From assembly GCA_035938355.1 (NCBI GenBank), contig DASZGZ010000043.1, positions 1 to 41,415 on the forward strand: a stretch of DNA of 41,415 nucleotides. The letters run 5' to 3'. Position 1 is the stretch's first letter. The number at the start of each line of letters is the position of its first letter. The stretch is from Acidobacteriaceae bacterium. GTDB lineage: Bacteria > Acidobacteriota > Terriglobia > Terriglobales > Acidobacteriaceae. The position numbers and the translations under genes are program-made. Below are positions 25,407 through 34,791 of the stretch, piece after piece. The notes below the pieces were generated by a model, which was not told where the DNA came from, searched no databases, and saw only the letters and a list, made by a program, of their open reading frames with translations.

Positions 25407-27260
25407 ATGAAAAACCATTTGAAGACGATGGCGACCTGTGTGCTCGTGTCGGCCATGGCGACCGGCCACGCGCAGACGACAGCTGCCAGCGGCGACGCTA
25501 CGGGTAAAAGTACTGTCCGGCATAAGACAGCAGCGAAAGCGGCACATCGTCCGTCCGTCGAGACGCAGATTCAACAGCTCCGCGATGAGATGGAGACGCA
25601 GATCAACCAGCTGAGACAGCAGTTGAACGACAGCAATGCGCAGTTGCAGGCAGCCCAGCAAGCGGCCGCAGCCGCCAATGCAGCAGCAGCGCAGGCACAA
25701 CAGCAGGCCCAGCAGCAGCAACAGCAGACCACGGAGAATGCGACTGCCGTTTCAAACCTGCAGGGTGCGGTCAGCGATCTGAAGACAACCAGCACCTCTC
25801 TCGCGTCGACCATTCAGGAGACGCAGACGAACTTGACCAAGAAGATCGAACAGCCTGACGAGATCCACTTCAAGGGCGTTACGATTTCGCCGACGGGCTC
25901 CTTCATCGAAGCCGCGACCGTGTATCGCAGCGCTGCCATCGGCGGCGACATCAACACGCAGTTCACCGGCATTCCACTTCAGCATTCGAATGCAGCGCAG
26001 CTGAGCGAGTTCTACGGATCGGGCCGTCAATCCCGCCTGGCCCTCAAAGCAACCGGCAAACTGGCCAGTGTGGATATGACCGGCTACTACGAAATGGACT
26101 GGCTGGGAACCGGCATCACCTCCAACAACAACCAGTCGAACAGCTACGTCGTCCGCCAGCGCCAGCTCTGGGCACGAGCCGCCTTCCACAGCGGGTGGAA
26201 CATCAGCGGAGGCCAGATGTGGACATTGGCAACAGAAACCACCCACGGTCTGGACAATGGCACGGAAATCCTTCCCGCCGTTATCGACCCACAGTACGTC
26301 GCTGGCTTTGTCTGGGCGCGGCAGTATGGCTTCCGCGTGACCAGGGACTTCGGGGACAAGATCTGGATCGGCGCCTCGGCGGAAAATGCCGAGACACTCA
26401 ATCCTGCCGGGTCGAGCCTGCCTGTCAACCTGCTGCTCGGTTCCGACGGCAACAGCGGCGGCCTCTTCAACCCGACCGCGAACTACTCGTTCAACCTCGC
26501 ACCGGACATGATCGCGAAGGTCGCCTTCGAGCCGGGCTTTGGCCACTATGAGGTCTTCGGCATTGCCCGCTTCTTCCGCGATCGTATCTATCCCAACATG
26601 GTCGTCACCACCGTCAACGGCGTTACGACCGTTACCGGCACCTCGGCAGGCGCGTACAACGACAGCACGGTCGGTGGCGGCATTGGCGCCAGCGGTCGCG
26701 CGACGCTGCTCAACAAGAAGCTCACCGTTGGTCTAAAAGGCCTGTGGGGTGATGGAACAGGGCGCTACGGCTCTTCGACCATCGCCGATATCACACTTCG
26801 TCCCAATGCACAGATCGCTGTGCTGCATAACTTCGACGCACTGGGAACAATTGAAGCAAACCCAACCCAGCGCCTGAATCTGTACCTTAACTACGGCGGC
26901 GACTACATTGGACGGCGCTACTTCGGCAAAGTTGGCTACGGCTCGCCGCTTACCAACATGAGCGGCTGCAATACCGAACCGTTGCCAAGCACGACGGTCA
27001 CATACCCGAACAGCGGCGACGGCTTTACACCGTCGACGCCCGCCAACTGCGGCAACCAGACCAAGGACGTCCAGGAGTTAGCCACCGGCTACTGGTACGA
27101 CTTCTACCGCGGACCCATGGGTCGTTTCCGTCAGGGCATCCAATACAGCTACTTCCAGCGCAACATCTGGTCTGGCGCTGGTGGTACGACAAACCCTGGC
27201 GGCGGCGCCGAGGGTACCGACAACATCTTCGAGACCTCCATCCGCTACTACCTGCCGTAA
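25407..27260 (+). CDS. Outer-membrane porin-like beta-barrel protein with N-terminal coiled coil
   Basis: Signal peptide, Q/A-rich coiled coil (about aa 50-145), amphipathic beta-strands, C-terminal ETSIRYYLP. Confidence 0.75.
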   Translation: MKNHLKTMATCVLVSAMATGHAQTTAASGDATGKSTVRHKTAAKAAHRPSVETQIQQLRDEMETQINQLRQQLNDSNAQLQAAQQAAAAANAAAAQAQQQAQQQQQQTTENATAVSNLQGAVSDLKTTSTSLASTIQETQTNLTKKIEQPDEIHFKGVTISPTGSFIEAATVYRSAAIGGDINTQFTGIPLQHSNAAQLSEFYGSGRQSRLALKATGKLASVDMTGYYEMDWLGTGITSNNNQSNSYVVRQRQLWARAAFHSGWNISGGQMWTLATETTHGLDNGTEILPAVIDPQYVAGFVWARQYGFRVTRDFGDKIWIGASAENAETLNPAGSSLPVNLLLGSDGNSGGLFNPTANYSFNLAPDMIAKVAFEPGFGHYEVFGIARFFRDRIYPNMVVTTVNGVTTVTGTSAGAYNDSTVGGGIGASGRATLLNKKLTVGLKGLWGDGTGRYGSSTIADITLRPNAQIAVLHNFDALGTIEANPTQRLNLYLNYGGDYIGRRYFGKVGYGSPLTNMSGCNTEPLPSTTVTYPNSGDGFTPSTPANCGNQTKDVQELATGYWYDFYRGPMGRFRQGIQYSYFQRNIWSGAGGTTNPGGGAEGTDNIFETSIRYYLP

Positions 27261-27274
27261 CGAGACGAAGCCTG

Positions 27275-27312
27275 AACAGCAAGGGCACCCAATGCGGGTG
27301 CCCTTGCTGTTT
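27275..27312 (+). terminator. Intrinsic terminator
   Basis: Perfect 16-bp stem AACAGCAAGGGCACCC-AATGC-GGGTGCCCTTGCTGTT. Confidence 0.9.
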
Positions 27313-27375
27313 CCCGGGGCAAGTCATCACCGCCCGGGCGTGTGTTACCGTTATTTAGCAGCAGAGCGGTACTGT

Positions 27376-27451
27376 GAGCTCGTAGCTCAGTTGGTAGAGC
27401 AACGCACTTTTAATGCGTGGGTCCTGGGTTCGATTCCCAGCGAGCTCACCA
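27376..27451 (+). tRNA. tRNA-Lys (UUU)
   Basis: 76 nt; acceptor GAGCTCG/CGAGCTC-ACCA, D-arm TAGCTCAGTTGGTAGAGC, anticodon arm ACGCA-CTTTTAA-TGCGT, T-loop GGTTCGATTCC. Confidence 0.98.
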
Positions 27452-27475
27452 ACAGATCGCCGCTGCTCCCGTTCC

Positions 27476-28117
27476 ATGCCAACAACACTTTCCACATTGG
27501 TCGACGCGTGCGCCATCGTGCAGCTACAGGATGCGCGCACCCGGCTGTGGCACCAGGCGCCGCCCGAGTCGATTCAGGATGGATCGCTGGAGGGCCTGGT
27601 GGAAGCGCAGCATGCGGCCAACTTCACGCTATGGCATGCCGAGGACGAGGCCCGTCGGCCTTCCGCGGACGACTCCGCGATCGCCGCGGTCAAGCGCGAG
27701 ATCGATCGCGTGAACCAGATACGCAATGACACGACAGAGCGGATCGACGCCTCGCTGCTCTCCAGCCTCCGCGAGGCGGCGCTTCAGGATGCGGCAAGGT
27801 TGCAGCATGGCGAGCAGCACTCGGAGACACCCGGCATGATGATGGACCGGTTGTCGATACTGTCGCTGAAACTGTTTCATACTCAGGAGGAGATGGACCG
27901 TGCCGGCGCTCCGATGGGGCATCGCGAGCGGAACGCGGAGCGGTTCGCTGCCTTAAAGGAGCAGCGGGAAGATCTGGCCGCGTGCCTCGAGCGGCTCTGG
28001 GGCCAGGTATGCGCCGGCGAGCGCTACTTTAAGCACTACAGACAGTTGAAGATGTACAACGATCCCGAGCTGAACCCGGTTCTCTACCAGGCGAAGACGG
28101 GCAGAAATAGGCTGTAG
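27476..28117 (+). CDS. DUF4254-domain protein
   Basis: LWHAEDEAR..KREIDRVNQIRND..ETPG..DRLSIL.LK..H and QLKMYNDP. The ORF extension into the tRNA is discarded. Confidence 0.8.
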   Translation: MPTTLSTLVDACAIVQLQDARTRLWHQAPPESIQDGSLEGLVEAQHAANFTLWHAEDEARRPSADDSAIAAVKREIDRVNQIRNDTTERIDASLLSSLREAALQDAARLQHGEQHSETPGMMMDRLSILSLKLFHTQEEMDRAGAPMGHRERNAERFAALKEQREDLAACLERLWGQVCAGERYFKHYRQLKMYNDPELNPVLYQAKTGRNRL

Positions 28118-28244
28118 TCAGGCGCGCCTGACCCGGTGGTGTGGTTGACGGACCCTGGGGTCGGGAGTGTACAACGGCTGGAACAGAGGCCACAGTGAAC
28201 CCCTGCCCGAATGCAGGTGGGTGTGACTCAAGGACAATCAACCG

Positions 28245-28799
28245 ATGGCAAGCACAGGCACAACCAAGGCGCGCGGTCCCAAGACGATCCAGGGCAAGGT
28301 ACGCACCATGACCGATCCGGCTCAGCAGAAGACCATGCAGGAATACGAATTGGCCCTGAAGGCGATGCAGGAGGGCAAGTACGAGAAAGCCCGCGAAGGT
28401 TTCCGCAAGCTCAGCGAGCAGAGCTCGCCGGAAGTCGCGGAGCGGGCGCGCGTGTATTTCGAAGCCTGCGGGCGCCAGGCAGCGAAGCAGGAGCGCAAGT
28501 TCACAGGCCCGGAGGAGCAGTACGATTACGCGATCTCACTGCTCAATACCGGCCTCTATGACGAGGCGCGGGAGCAGCTCGAGGCGATCCTGGCCAAGGC
28601 GCCGCAGACTGACTACGCGCTCTACGGTCTCTCTATTTTGGAGAGTATGACGGGGCAGACCGAGCAATGCCTGGAGCACCTGTCCGCAGCCATCAGCATG
28701 AACCCGCAGAACCGCATTCATGCGCGGGTCGACTCGGACTTTCAGGACATGGCAGACGATCCGCGGTTCACCGAGCTGCTCTATCCGGAAGTTCAATAG
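28245..28799 (+). CDS. TPR-repeat protein
   Basis: YELALKAMQEGKYEKA and YDYAISLLNTGLYDEA helical repeats; C-terminal ARVDSDFQDMADDPRF. Confidence 0.82.
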   Translation: MASTGTTKARGPKTIQGKVRTMTDPAQQKTMQEYELALKAMQEGKYEKAREGFRKLSEQSSPEVAERARVYFEACGRQAAKQERKFTGPEEQYDYAISLLNTGLYDEAREQLEAILAKAPQTDYALYGLSILESMTGQTEQCLEHLSAAISMNPQNRIHARVDSDFQDMADDPRFTELLYPEVQ

Positions 28800-28833
28800 C
28801 TCGCGAGTTTAGTGAGAAAAAGGAACCGCAGCA

Positions 28834-29970
28834 GTGACGCTGGTGATTCCAGGCAGTTCGTTGGCACAGCAGGAGGCGGCAGCCGACCCCCGCCACCGGG
28901 GGACATCGTTGCGCGTGGTAGCGATTGGCGGGGGCACCGGCCTCTCTACACTGCTGCGTGGATTGCGCCGTTATGCTCCGTCTCCACAGCCGGCCGAGGC
29001 TGACACCGCGGCCGTACCGAGCCTGATCAGTGACCTGGCAGCAGTCGTCACCGTGACCGACGATGGCGGCTCCAGCGGGCGGCTGCGGCGGCACTTCAAC
29101 ATGCTGCCGCCGGGAGACCTGCGCAACTGCATGGTGGCGCTGGCGGACGACGAGGCCCTGTTGTCGCGGCTCTTCCGGCATCGTTTCTCTTCGGGAACTG
29201 CCGCGGCGGCAAACGGGAACGGGGATTCCCAGACGGCCTCGCTCGAAGGGCACAGCTTTGGCAACCTCTTTGTCGCCGCGCTGGCCGAGATCACCGGCGA
29301 CTTCGCGCAGGCGATCAAGCTCTCGTCGCAGGTGCTGGCGACCCGGGGACACATCTATCCGGCAACCACAACCAACGTGACTCTCTCCGCACGCATGGAC
29401 GACGGCTCGACGGTCGAGGGCGAGACGAACATCACGGCAAGCAAGCACCGCATCTGCGAGCTGACGCTCGAGCCGGCAGGCGCCGAACCGCTGCCGGAGA
29501 CACTGGATTCGATTGCGCGCGCTGACCTGATCACGCTGGGTCCGGGATCGCTCTACACCAGCCTGATCACCAACCTGCTGGTGAAGGGCATTCCGGAGGC
29601 CCTCGCGGCTGCCCACGGGCTGCGGGTGTTCATCTGCAACCTGATGACGCAGTCGAACGAGAGCCTGGGGCTAACGGCCTCACAGCATATCGAGAAGATC
29701 TACGAGCACACGGGGCAGGCGATCTTCGACTACGCCGTGGTGAACACCGCGCCGGTAAGCGAGACGCTGCTGCGCAACTATGCGCGCGAGGGCGCGACGC
29801 CGATTGTGCCGGACATCGAGCGCATCGAGGCGCTGGGTGTGCGGGTGATCCCGGGGAACTTCGCGGCGGAGGGCGACACGCTGCGCCACAACGCGGACCG
29901 GGTAGCTGAGACGCTGCTGCATCTGGGGCTCGACGCGGATCTCGATGCGATTCGCAACGTAACTGCCTGA
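28834..29970 (+). CDS. yvcK: YvcK/GlmR (UPF0052) UDP-GlcNAc-binding protein
   Basis: VAIGGGTGLS, VTVTDDGGSSG, PPGDLRNC, GHSFGNL and GPGSLYTS. Confidence 0.92.
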   Translation: MTLVIPGSSLAQQEAAADPRHRGTSLRVVAIGGGTGLSTLLRGLRRYAPSPQPAEADTAAVPSLISDLAAVVTVTDDGGSSGRLRRHFNMLPPGDLRNCMVALADDEALLSRLFRHRFSSGTAAAANGNGDSQTASLEGHSFGNLFVAALAEITGDFAQAIKLSSQVLATRGHIYPATTTNVTLSARMDDGSTVEGETNITASKHRICELTLEPAGAEPLPETLDSIARADLITLGPGSLYTSLITNLLVKGIPEALAAAHGLRVFICNLMTQSNESLGLTASQHIEKIYEHTGQAIFDYAVVNTAPVSETLLRNYAREGATPIVPDIERIEALGVRVIPGNFAAEGDTLRHNADRVAETLLHLGLDADLDAIRNVTA

Positions 29971-29973
29971 CTA

Positions 29974-30111
29974 CCCCCTCCCCCCTCCCCCCTCCGGCAC
30001 GGGAGAACGGTTCGTAACCATCGTCGCTGCTATGAGATAGACGGGCTTCCGATAATCAAAATCGTCATTCCACAGGGGTTAGCTGTAAATTCGTCTCCCT
30101 GAAGGACTTAC
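29974..30111. repeat. C-tract plus three 26-bp imperfect repeats
   Basis: C5-T-C6-T-C6-T-CC at 29974-29995; repeats at 30015-30040, 30057-30082 and 30086-30111 share (T/C)AA..TCGTC..TA(G/C). Confidence 0.55.
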
Positions 30112-30433
30112 GGGAGATGTTCTGGGGTCGCCGATCGCTTTCCTGCTGCTACCCCTTATTTCCAGTCTAGCGAACCGGGTGGGGAAATATGGCAGATTTC
30201 CGGTGGCCGTTCCCGCGATGGGAGTTACCCGTTCAGCTGACCATGCGGCGAAGCTGCATCTCACTCCGAAAAGTGGGCCTGGTTACCGGCGAAGCGGCCA
30301 TTGTGTAACTCAGGTACGGATGTTCCTGCGCTATGTTGACGGGTGCTGCGCGTCGCGTTGGCGATAATGGGAGGTCTCCCTGCCGGGAAGAAGATTGAAG
30401 ATGAGAGATATCGTCAGGTGAGCGAGTAATCCC

Positions 30434-31735
30434 ATGTCGAATGCCCAGTTGACTCAAGTTCTTTTCGCGATTCTGTTGCTGGTGGGGCTCGCCCAACTGC
30501 TGGGCTATCTGTTTGTGAAGCTGCGGCAACCCAAGGTGGTGGGCGAGATATTGGCCGGGGTCGTGTTGGGTCCGGCTTTGCTGGGCCGCTTGCCCGCCAT
30601 CTCGCACATCATGGAGAACGCGAAGCACCAGGGGAACATCCTGGATTTTGTGTACTGGCTCGGCCTGCTGCTGCTGATGTTCCTGTCGGGCGCCGAGACC
30701 CAGCAACTGTTTACGCGGGAAGAACGCCGTGAAGTGGGCTGGCTGACGATCGTCGGGACGGGGCTTCCCTTTCTGGTGGGGCTGGCAGTGGGTCCCTGGC
30801 TGATCCGGCCTTCGCTGGCCGGCCCAAATGGCAACCGCGCTTCGCTGATCATCATTCTGGCGGTCGGCGTCGCGGTCACTTCCGTCCCCGTGGTCTCAAA
30901 GATCTTTGCCGATCTGAAGATCCTGCATACCCGATTCGCGCGGCTCGTTCTTGGCGTTGCCGTGCTCGAGGATATCGTCCTGTGGCTCGCTCTGGCTGTA
31001 GCAACGGCGATGGCGGGAAAAGCGGCACTCAGTCCGCGCGCGATGTCGTATCACCTGTTCTCGACGATGGCATATTTCGTGCTGGGGCTCACCATCGTTC
31101 CCCGCGTGATCAAGCGGCTGAACAAGGCGCGGTTCAACGTGCTGGCCCGGCACTCGCCGACGGGCTACGCGATGGCGGTCCTGCTGACCTACTGCGTGGT
31201 GGCCGGATTGCTCGCCGTCAGCATGGTCTTTGCGGCATTCCTGGCCGGGTTCGCCGTGGTGCACAAGAAGCGAAGAATCTTCGCGGATGCGCTGGAGTCG
31301 ATCCGCAAGATGTCCTTCGCGTTTTTCGTTCCGGTGTACTTCTCGATCGTCGGTCTGAAACTGGACCTGATTCGCGGCGTGTCGCTGTGGATGATGGTCG
31401 CGTTCCTTGCAGGAAGCTGCCTCATCAAGGTTCTTTCCGTATCGCTTGCCGGGCGGTTCGCGGGCTTCCGCGGACTGGACCTGATCAACCTGGCGATCAC
31501 GACGAATGCGCGCGGCGGCCCGGGCATCGTGCTGGCCAGCGTGGCCTTCGACGCCGGGATCATCAGCTCGAAGTTCTACACCACACTGGTAGTGGCGGCG
31601 GTGCTGACTTCGCAGATTGCCGGAGCGTGGCTGGAATATGTGCTGCGCAAGGGTTGGCCACTGCTGAAACCGCTTCCCGCGAACGAGGCTGTCGCGGTTT
31701 CACCGGAGAGTCCTTCAAACCTGATCGTTCTCTGA
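30434..31735 (+). CDS. Cation:proton antiporter (CPA2 family)
   Basis: RQPKVVGEILAGVVLGPALLG, TSVPVVSKI, AVLEDI and FFVPVYFSIVG. Confidence 0.9.
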   Translation: MSNAQLTQVLFAILLLVGLAQLLGYLFVKLRQPKVVGEILAGVVLGPALLGRLPAISHIMENAKHQGNILDFVYWLGLLLLMFLSGAETQQLFTREERREVGWLTIVGTGLPFLVGLAVGPWLIRPSLAGPNGNRASLIIILAVGVAVTSVPVVSKIFADLKILHTRFARLVLGVAVLEDIVLWLALAVATAMAGKAALSPRAMSYHLFSTMAYFVLGLTIVPRVIKRLNKARFNVLARHSPTGYAMAVLLTYCVVAGLLAVSMVFAAFLAGFAVVHKKRRIFADALESIRKMSFAFFVPVYFSIVGLKLDLIRGVSLWMMVAFLAGSCLIKVLSVSLAGRFAGFRGLDLINLAITTNARGGPGIVLASVAFDAGIISSKFYTTLVVAAVLTSQIAGAWLEYVLRKGWPLLKPLPANEAVAVSPESPSNLIVL

Positions 31736-31763
31736 CCGCGCAGACGCGCTTGTCCCCGCCACC

Positions 31764-33392
31764 TTACTGGCAGATGAATGATGCGGCGTCCTTGTCGCTT
31801 CCCTTTCCCTTGTAGTGCGCTTGCTGCGGGTACGGGCAGATGGGGCGGGTCATCAGGATCTTGTGCGGGTCGGCGTTGTGGTCGGGCAGCTCTCCGTATT
31901 TGGTGGCGGTGATGGCTTCCGGCGCCTTGCCATCTTCGACCCAATCCTGCAAGGCGTGGATGACGTTGTTTGCGGCGGTGGAATCCTTCATAGCCGGAAG
32001 GCCCCACTGCCCGATGCGGTCCGGGCCGGGACCATCGAAGCAGTGTTTGACACCAGGCATGAGATAGAGGCGGGTGAAGCTGACGGTTTCGTCCTTGCCG
32101 AGCTTCTGCTGCACTTCGTCGTAATAGTGGATGGAGTAGAGCGGACTGATGGCGGCGTCGGCCCAGCCGTGATACATGATCAGCTTGCCGCCGCGCTTCG
32201 CGAAGGCGCTGAGGTCGGGATTGGTGGAGTCGAGTGCTTCGCTGGTCTTCTCGCGTGCGGTGGCGAGGCCAGCGACAGGATCGAAGGTGCGGAAGTCCCA
32301 CTTGGGATCGCTGTAGACCATGTTGGCGAAGTAGCCGCTGCCAAAGCCGGCCATGGCGGACTTGCCTCGCTCGTTGCCCGTGATCCATGAAGGCCAGCCA
32401 TTGGGGTCGAGCTCGCCGCCGGCGGGCATGATGGGCGGGATGGCGGTGTCGCCAACCCTGCGTTCGGTGAGAAGAGTCTTGAGTGACTTGACTTGCGCGG
32501 CGCTGAGACAGTGCTGACCGTTTTCCGATTTGCAGGTGATGCGTGCTGGGTCGAAGTGGCACATGCGCGGATCGTCAACGATGCCGTCGTTGACGTCACC
32601 GGGCAGCTTGTCGAGCTTGTCGCATTGGGCGAGGACGGCGCGGTGGATGAGCGGCACATCGGCGGCGGGGATGTAGCTGGCGTTATCGGCGAGCAAGGTC
32701 TGCATGCCGATGGCGGCGCTGGTGAGCAGGGTGGTCCAGTTGTAGGCGGGGGCGCCGGCGAGGATTCCGTCGTAGTCGGCGGGAAAGCGTTGCGCCTCCA
32801 TGAGCGCTTCGCGTCCGCCGTCGGAGCAGGCGGTGAAGTAACTGTGCGCGACAGGCGTGGCGTAGTAGGCGGCGATGACGGCCTTGGCCTGCTCGGTCAT
32901 CTGGTGGATACCGCGCCATCCGTAGTCGGTGATCTTTTCCGGATGGTGTAGGGCCCAGCGAGCGTCTATGCCATCGGCGAAGTGGCCGGTGTCAGTGCCG
33001 GCGGTTGCGCTGTTGCTGTCGAGAGCGCGGGCCATGCCTTCAAAGTCGATTTCGCCGGCAAAGCCTCCGTTGCCGATGCCGTGAAGGCGGTGGTTCCAGT
33101 TGGAGACGGGGAGCCAGACCTCGATCTGGATATTGGAATCGTCGCTGGGAGCGGCCTGGACTTCGACGCGACAGAAGGCAGCGAGCTGTTTGTAGAGCGG
33201 GATCTGCTCATTGGGACCGGTGGGGCGCGGGGGCGCGACGAAGCCGCCAGCGGGGACGACTTCTGCCGAGAGGACGTGGGCGTGGTCGAGTTGGAGCTGC
33301 TGGAGGTTGGTGCAGCGGCTGGTGTTTGTTGATTGCGCGACCGCGGAAGCGGCGAACACAAGGATGGACGCTAGGAGTGCGAGTGGACGCAT
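31764..33392 (-). CDS. Secreted tannase/feruloyl-esterase family hydrolase
   Basis: GNGGFAG, ACSDGGREA, YDGILAGAPA, YHGWAD, PGVKHC and TRPICPYP. Confidence 0.93.
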   Translation of the reverse strand: MRPLALLASILVFAASAVAQSTNTSRCTNLQQLQLDHAHVLSAEVVPAGGFVAPPRPTGPNEQIPLYKQLAAFCRVEVQAAPSDDSNIQIEVWLPVSNWNHRLHGIGNGGFAGEIDFEGMARALDSNSATAGTDTGHFADGIDARWALHHPEKITDYGWRGIHQMTEQAKAVIAAYYATPVAHSYFTACSDGGREALMEAQRFPADYDGILAGAPAYNWTTLLTSAAIGMQTLLADNASYIPAADVPLIHRAVLAQCDKLDKLPGDVNDGIVDDPRMCHFDPARITCKSENGQHCLSAAQVKSLKTLLTERRVGDTAIPPIMPAGGELDPNGWPSWITGNERGKSAMAGFGSGYFANMVYSDPKWDFRTFDPVAGLATAREKTSEALDSTNPDLSAFAKRGGKLIMYHGWADAAISPLYSIHYYDEVQQKLGKDETVSFTRLYLMPGVKHCFDGPGPDRIGQWGLPAMKDSTAANNVIHALQDWVEDGKAPEAITATKYGELPDHNADPHKILMTRPICPYPQQAHYKGKGSDKDAASFICQ

Positions 33393-33432
33393 GGCGCAAC
33401 CAATCTATCGCATGCGTGGTAACGGATCGTGC

Positions 33433-34650
33433 TCAGGAATTTGCTTCGGTGGTTTTCTTGAGCTGGCCGCAGGCCGCGTAGATGTCGCGGCCGCGGGGGC
33501 GGCGGATGAAGGCGGGGACACCGCGTGCGATGAGGCGCTGCTGGAAGCGGGCTACGTCTTCGCCTTTCGGCTGGTGATAGGGAATGCCGGGGCCAGGGTT
33601 CCAGACGATGAGGTTGACCTTCGATGGGAAGCCGGCGCGGCGAGCGAGGGTGACGACTTCATCGGCATGGATCAACGAATCATTGACGCCACCTAACAGC
33701 ACGTACTCGAAGGTGATCTTTTCGCGCGGGCCGAGCGGCATGCTGCGGGCGGCTTCGATGACGGCTTCGATCGGCCACTTGCGCGTGATGGGCATGACGG
33801 CTTCGCGCACGGTGTTGTTGGAGGCGTTGAGCGAGATGGCGAGGCGGGGGCGGACGGTCTCTTTGGCGAAACGCTCGATGCCGGGGACGATGCCGCTGGT
33901 CGAGACGGTCATGCGTGAGGGGGGCAGGCCGACTTCGTCGACGAGCAGGCGGACGGCGTCCATGAATGCGTTGTAGTTGAGGAAGGGTTCGCCCATGCCC
34001 ATGAAGACGAGGTTGATGCGATCGCGGCCAAGCTCGACCTGATGGCGGCGGAGGAGAGCGACGACCTGCCCGACGATTTCGCCAGCGGTGAGGTTGCGTT
34101 CGATGCCAAGCTTCGCGGTGAGACAGAACTGGCAGTTGACGGCGCAGCCGATTTGCGATGAGACGCAGATGGTGGCGCGCTTGCGAACGGGTGAGGTGTC
34201 CGCTTCGTCGTCGTTGTCTTCGGCTCCGTCGCCATCGGGCATCCAGACGGTCTCGACAGTTTGGTTGCCGGATGCGCCGATGAGGTAGCGCTCGGTGCCG
34301 TCGATGGAGCGAAAGGTTTGAAGAATCGGCGGAAGGCCGACCGCGTAGGCCGCGGCGGCGAGCTTTTCACGCAGAGCGAGTGGCAGGGTGGTGATGGTGT
34401 CGAGGTCGGGGGTCCGGTCGCGATAGAGGGCCTGGGCCAACTGACGGGCACGGAAATTCTGCTCGCCGAGGCCGGCCATGAGCTCGCTAAGTTGCTCAAT
34501 CGAAAGGCCGAACAGGGGTTGCACCGCGGATGGGGCAGCGGTTTGAACCGATTTCGGGCCGTCAGAGTCTAAAATGAAGAAGCTCTCCCCCGTTGGCCCG
34601 GAAGGTGGTTCAGGCAGAGGCTCTGACGGAAATCCGGGATTAAACGGCAT
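33433..34650 (-). CDS. rlmN: Radical SAM rRNA/tRNA methyltransferase RlmN
   Basis: CVSSQIGCAVNCQFC, VFMGMGEP, TVSTSG and RGRDIYAACGQL. Start uncertain. Confidence 0.95.
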   Translation of the reverse strand: MPFNPGFPSEPLPEPPSGPTGESFFILDSDGPKSVQTAAPSAVQPLFGLSIEQLSELMAGLGEQNFRARQLAQALYRDRTPDLDTITTLPLALREKLAAAAYAVGLPPILQTFRSIDGTERYLIGASGNQTVETVWMPDGDGAEDNDDEADTSPVRKRATICVSSQIGCAVNCQFCLTAKLGIERNLTAGEIVGQVVALLRRHQVELGRDRINLVFMGMGEPFLNYNAFMDAVRLLVDEVGLPPSRMTVSTSGIVPGIERFAKETVRPRLAISLNASNNTVREAVMPITRKWPIEAVIEAARSMPLGPREKITFEYVLLGGVNDSLIHADEVVTLARRAGFPSKVNLIVWNPGPGIPYHQPKGEDVARFQQRLIARGVPAFIRRPRGRDIYAACGQLKKTTEANS

Positions 34651-34791
34651 CGAGACAAAGTCCGGCAACAGGCAAGCATAGAGCATTTTTCCTCGAGGTG
34701 TGAGGATCAGATGCTCCAGCATCGGCTGAATGGCACGTACGTGCTTTGCGCGGACTTGTGTCAGCCCCTAACGGATTGAGCGGCGAAATTT

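Noticed and set aside
27376-27480. Genomic island integrated at tRNA-Lys
   Set aside because: No integrase and no duplicated tRNA 3' end seen in the window; downstream genes look core.
30200-30433. Fluoride or Na+/Li+ riboswitch before the CPA2 antiporter
   Set aside because: I could not match the crcB or nhaA-I consensus by eye; an Infernal/Rfam scan would be needed.
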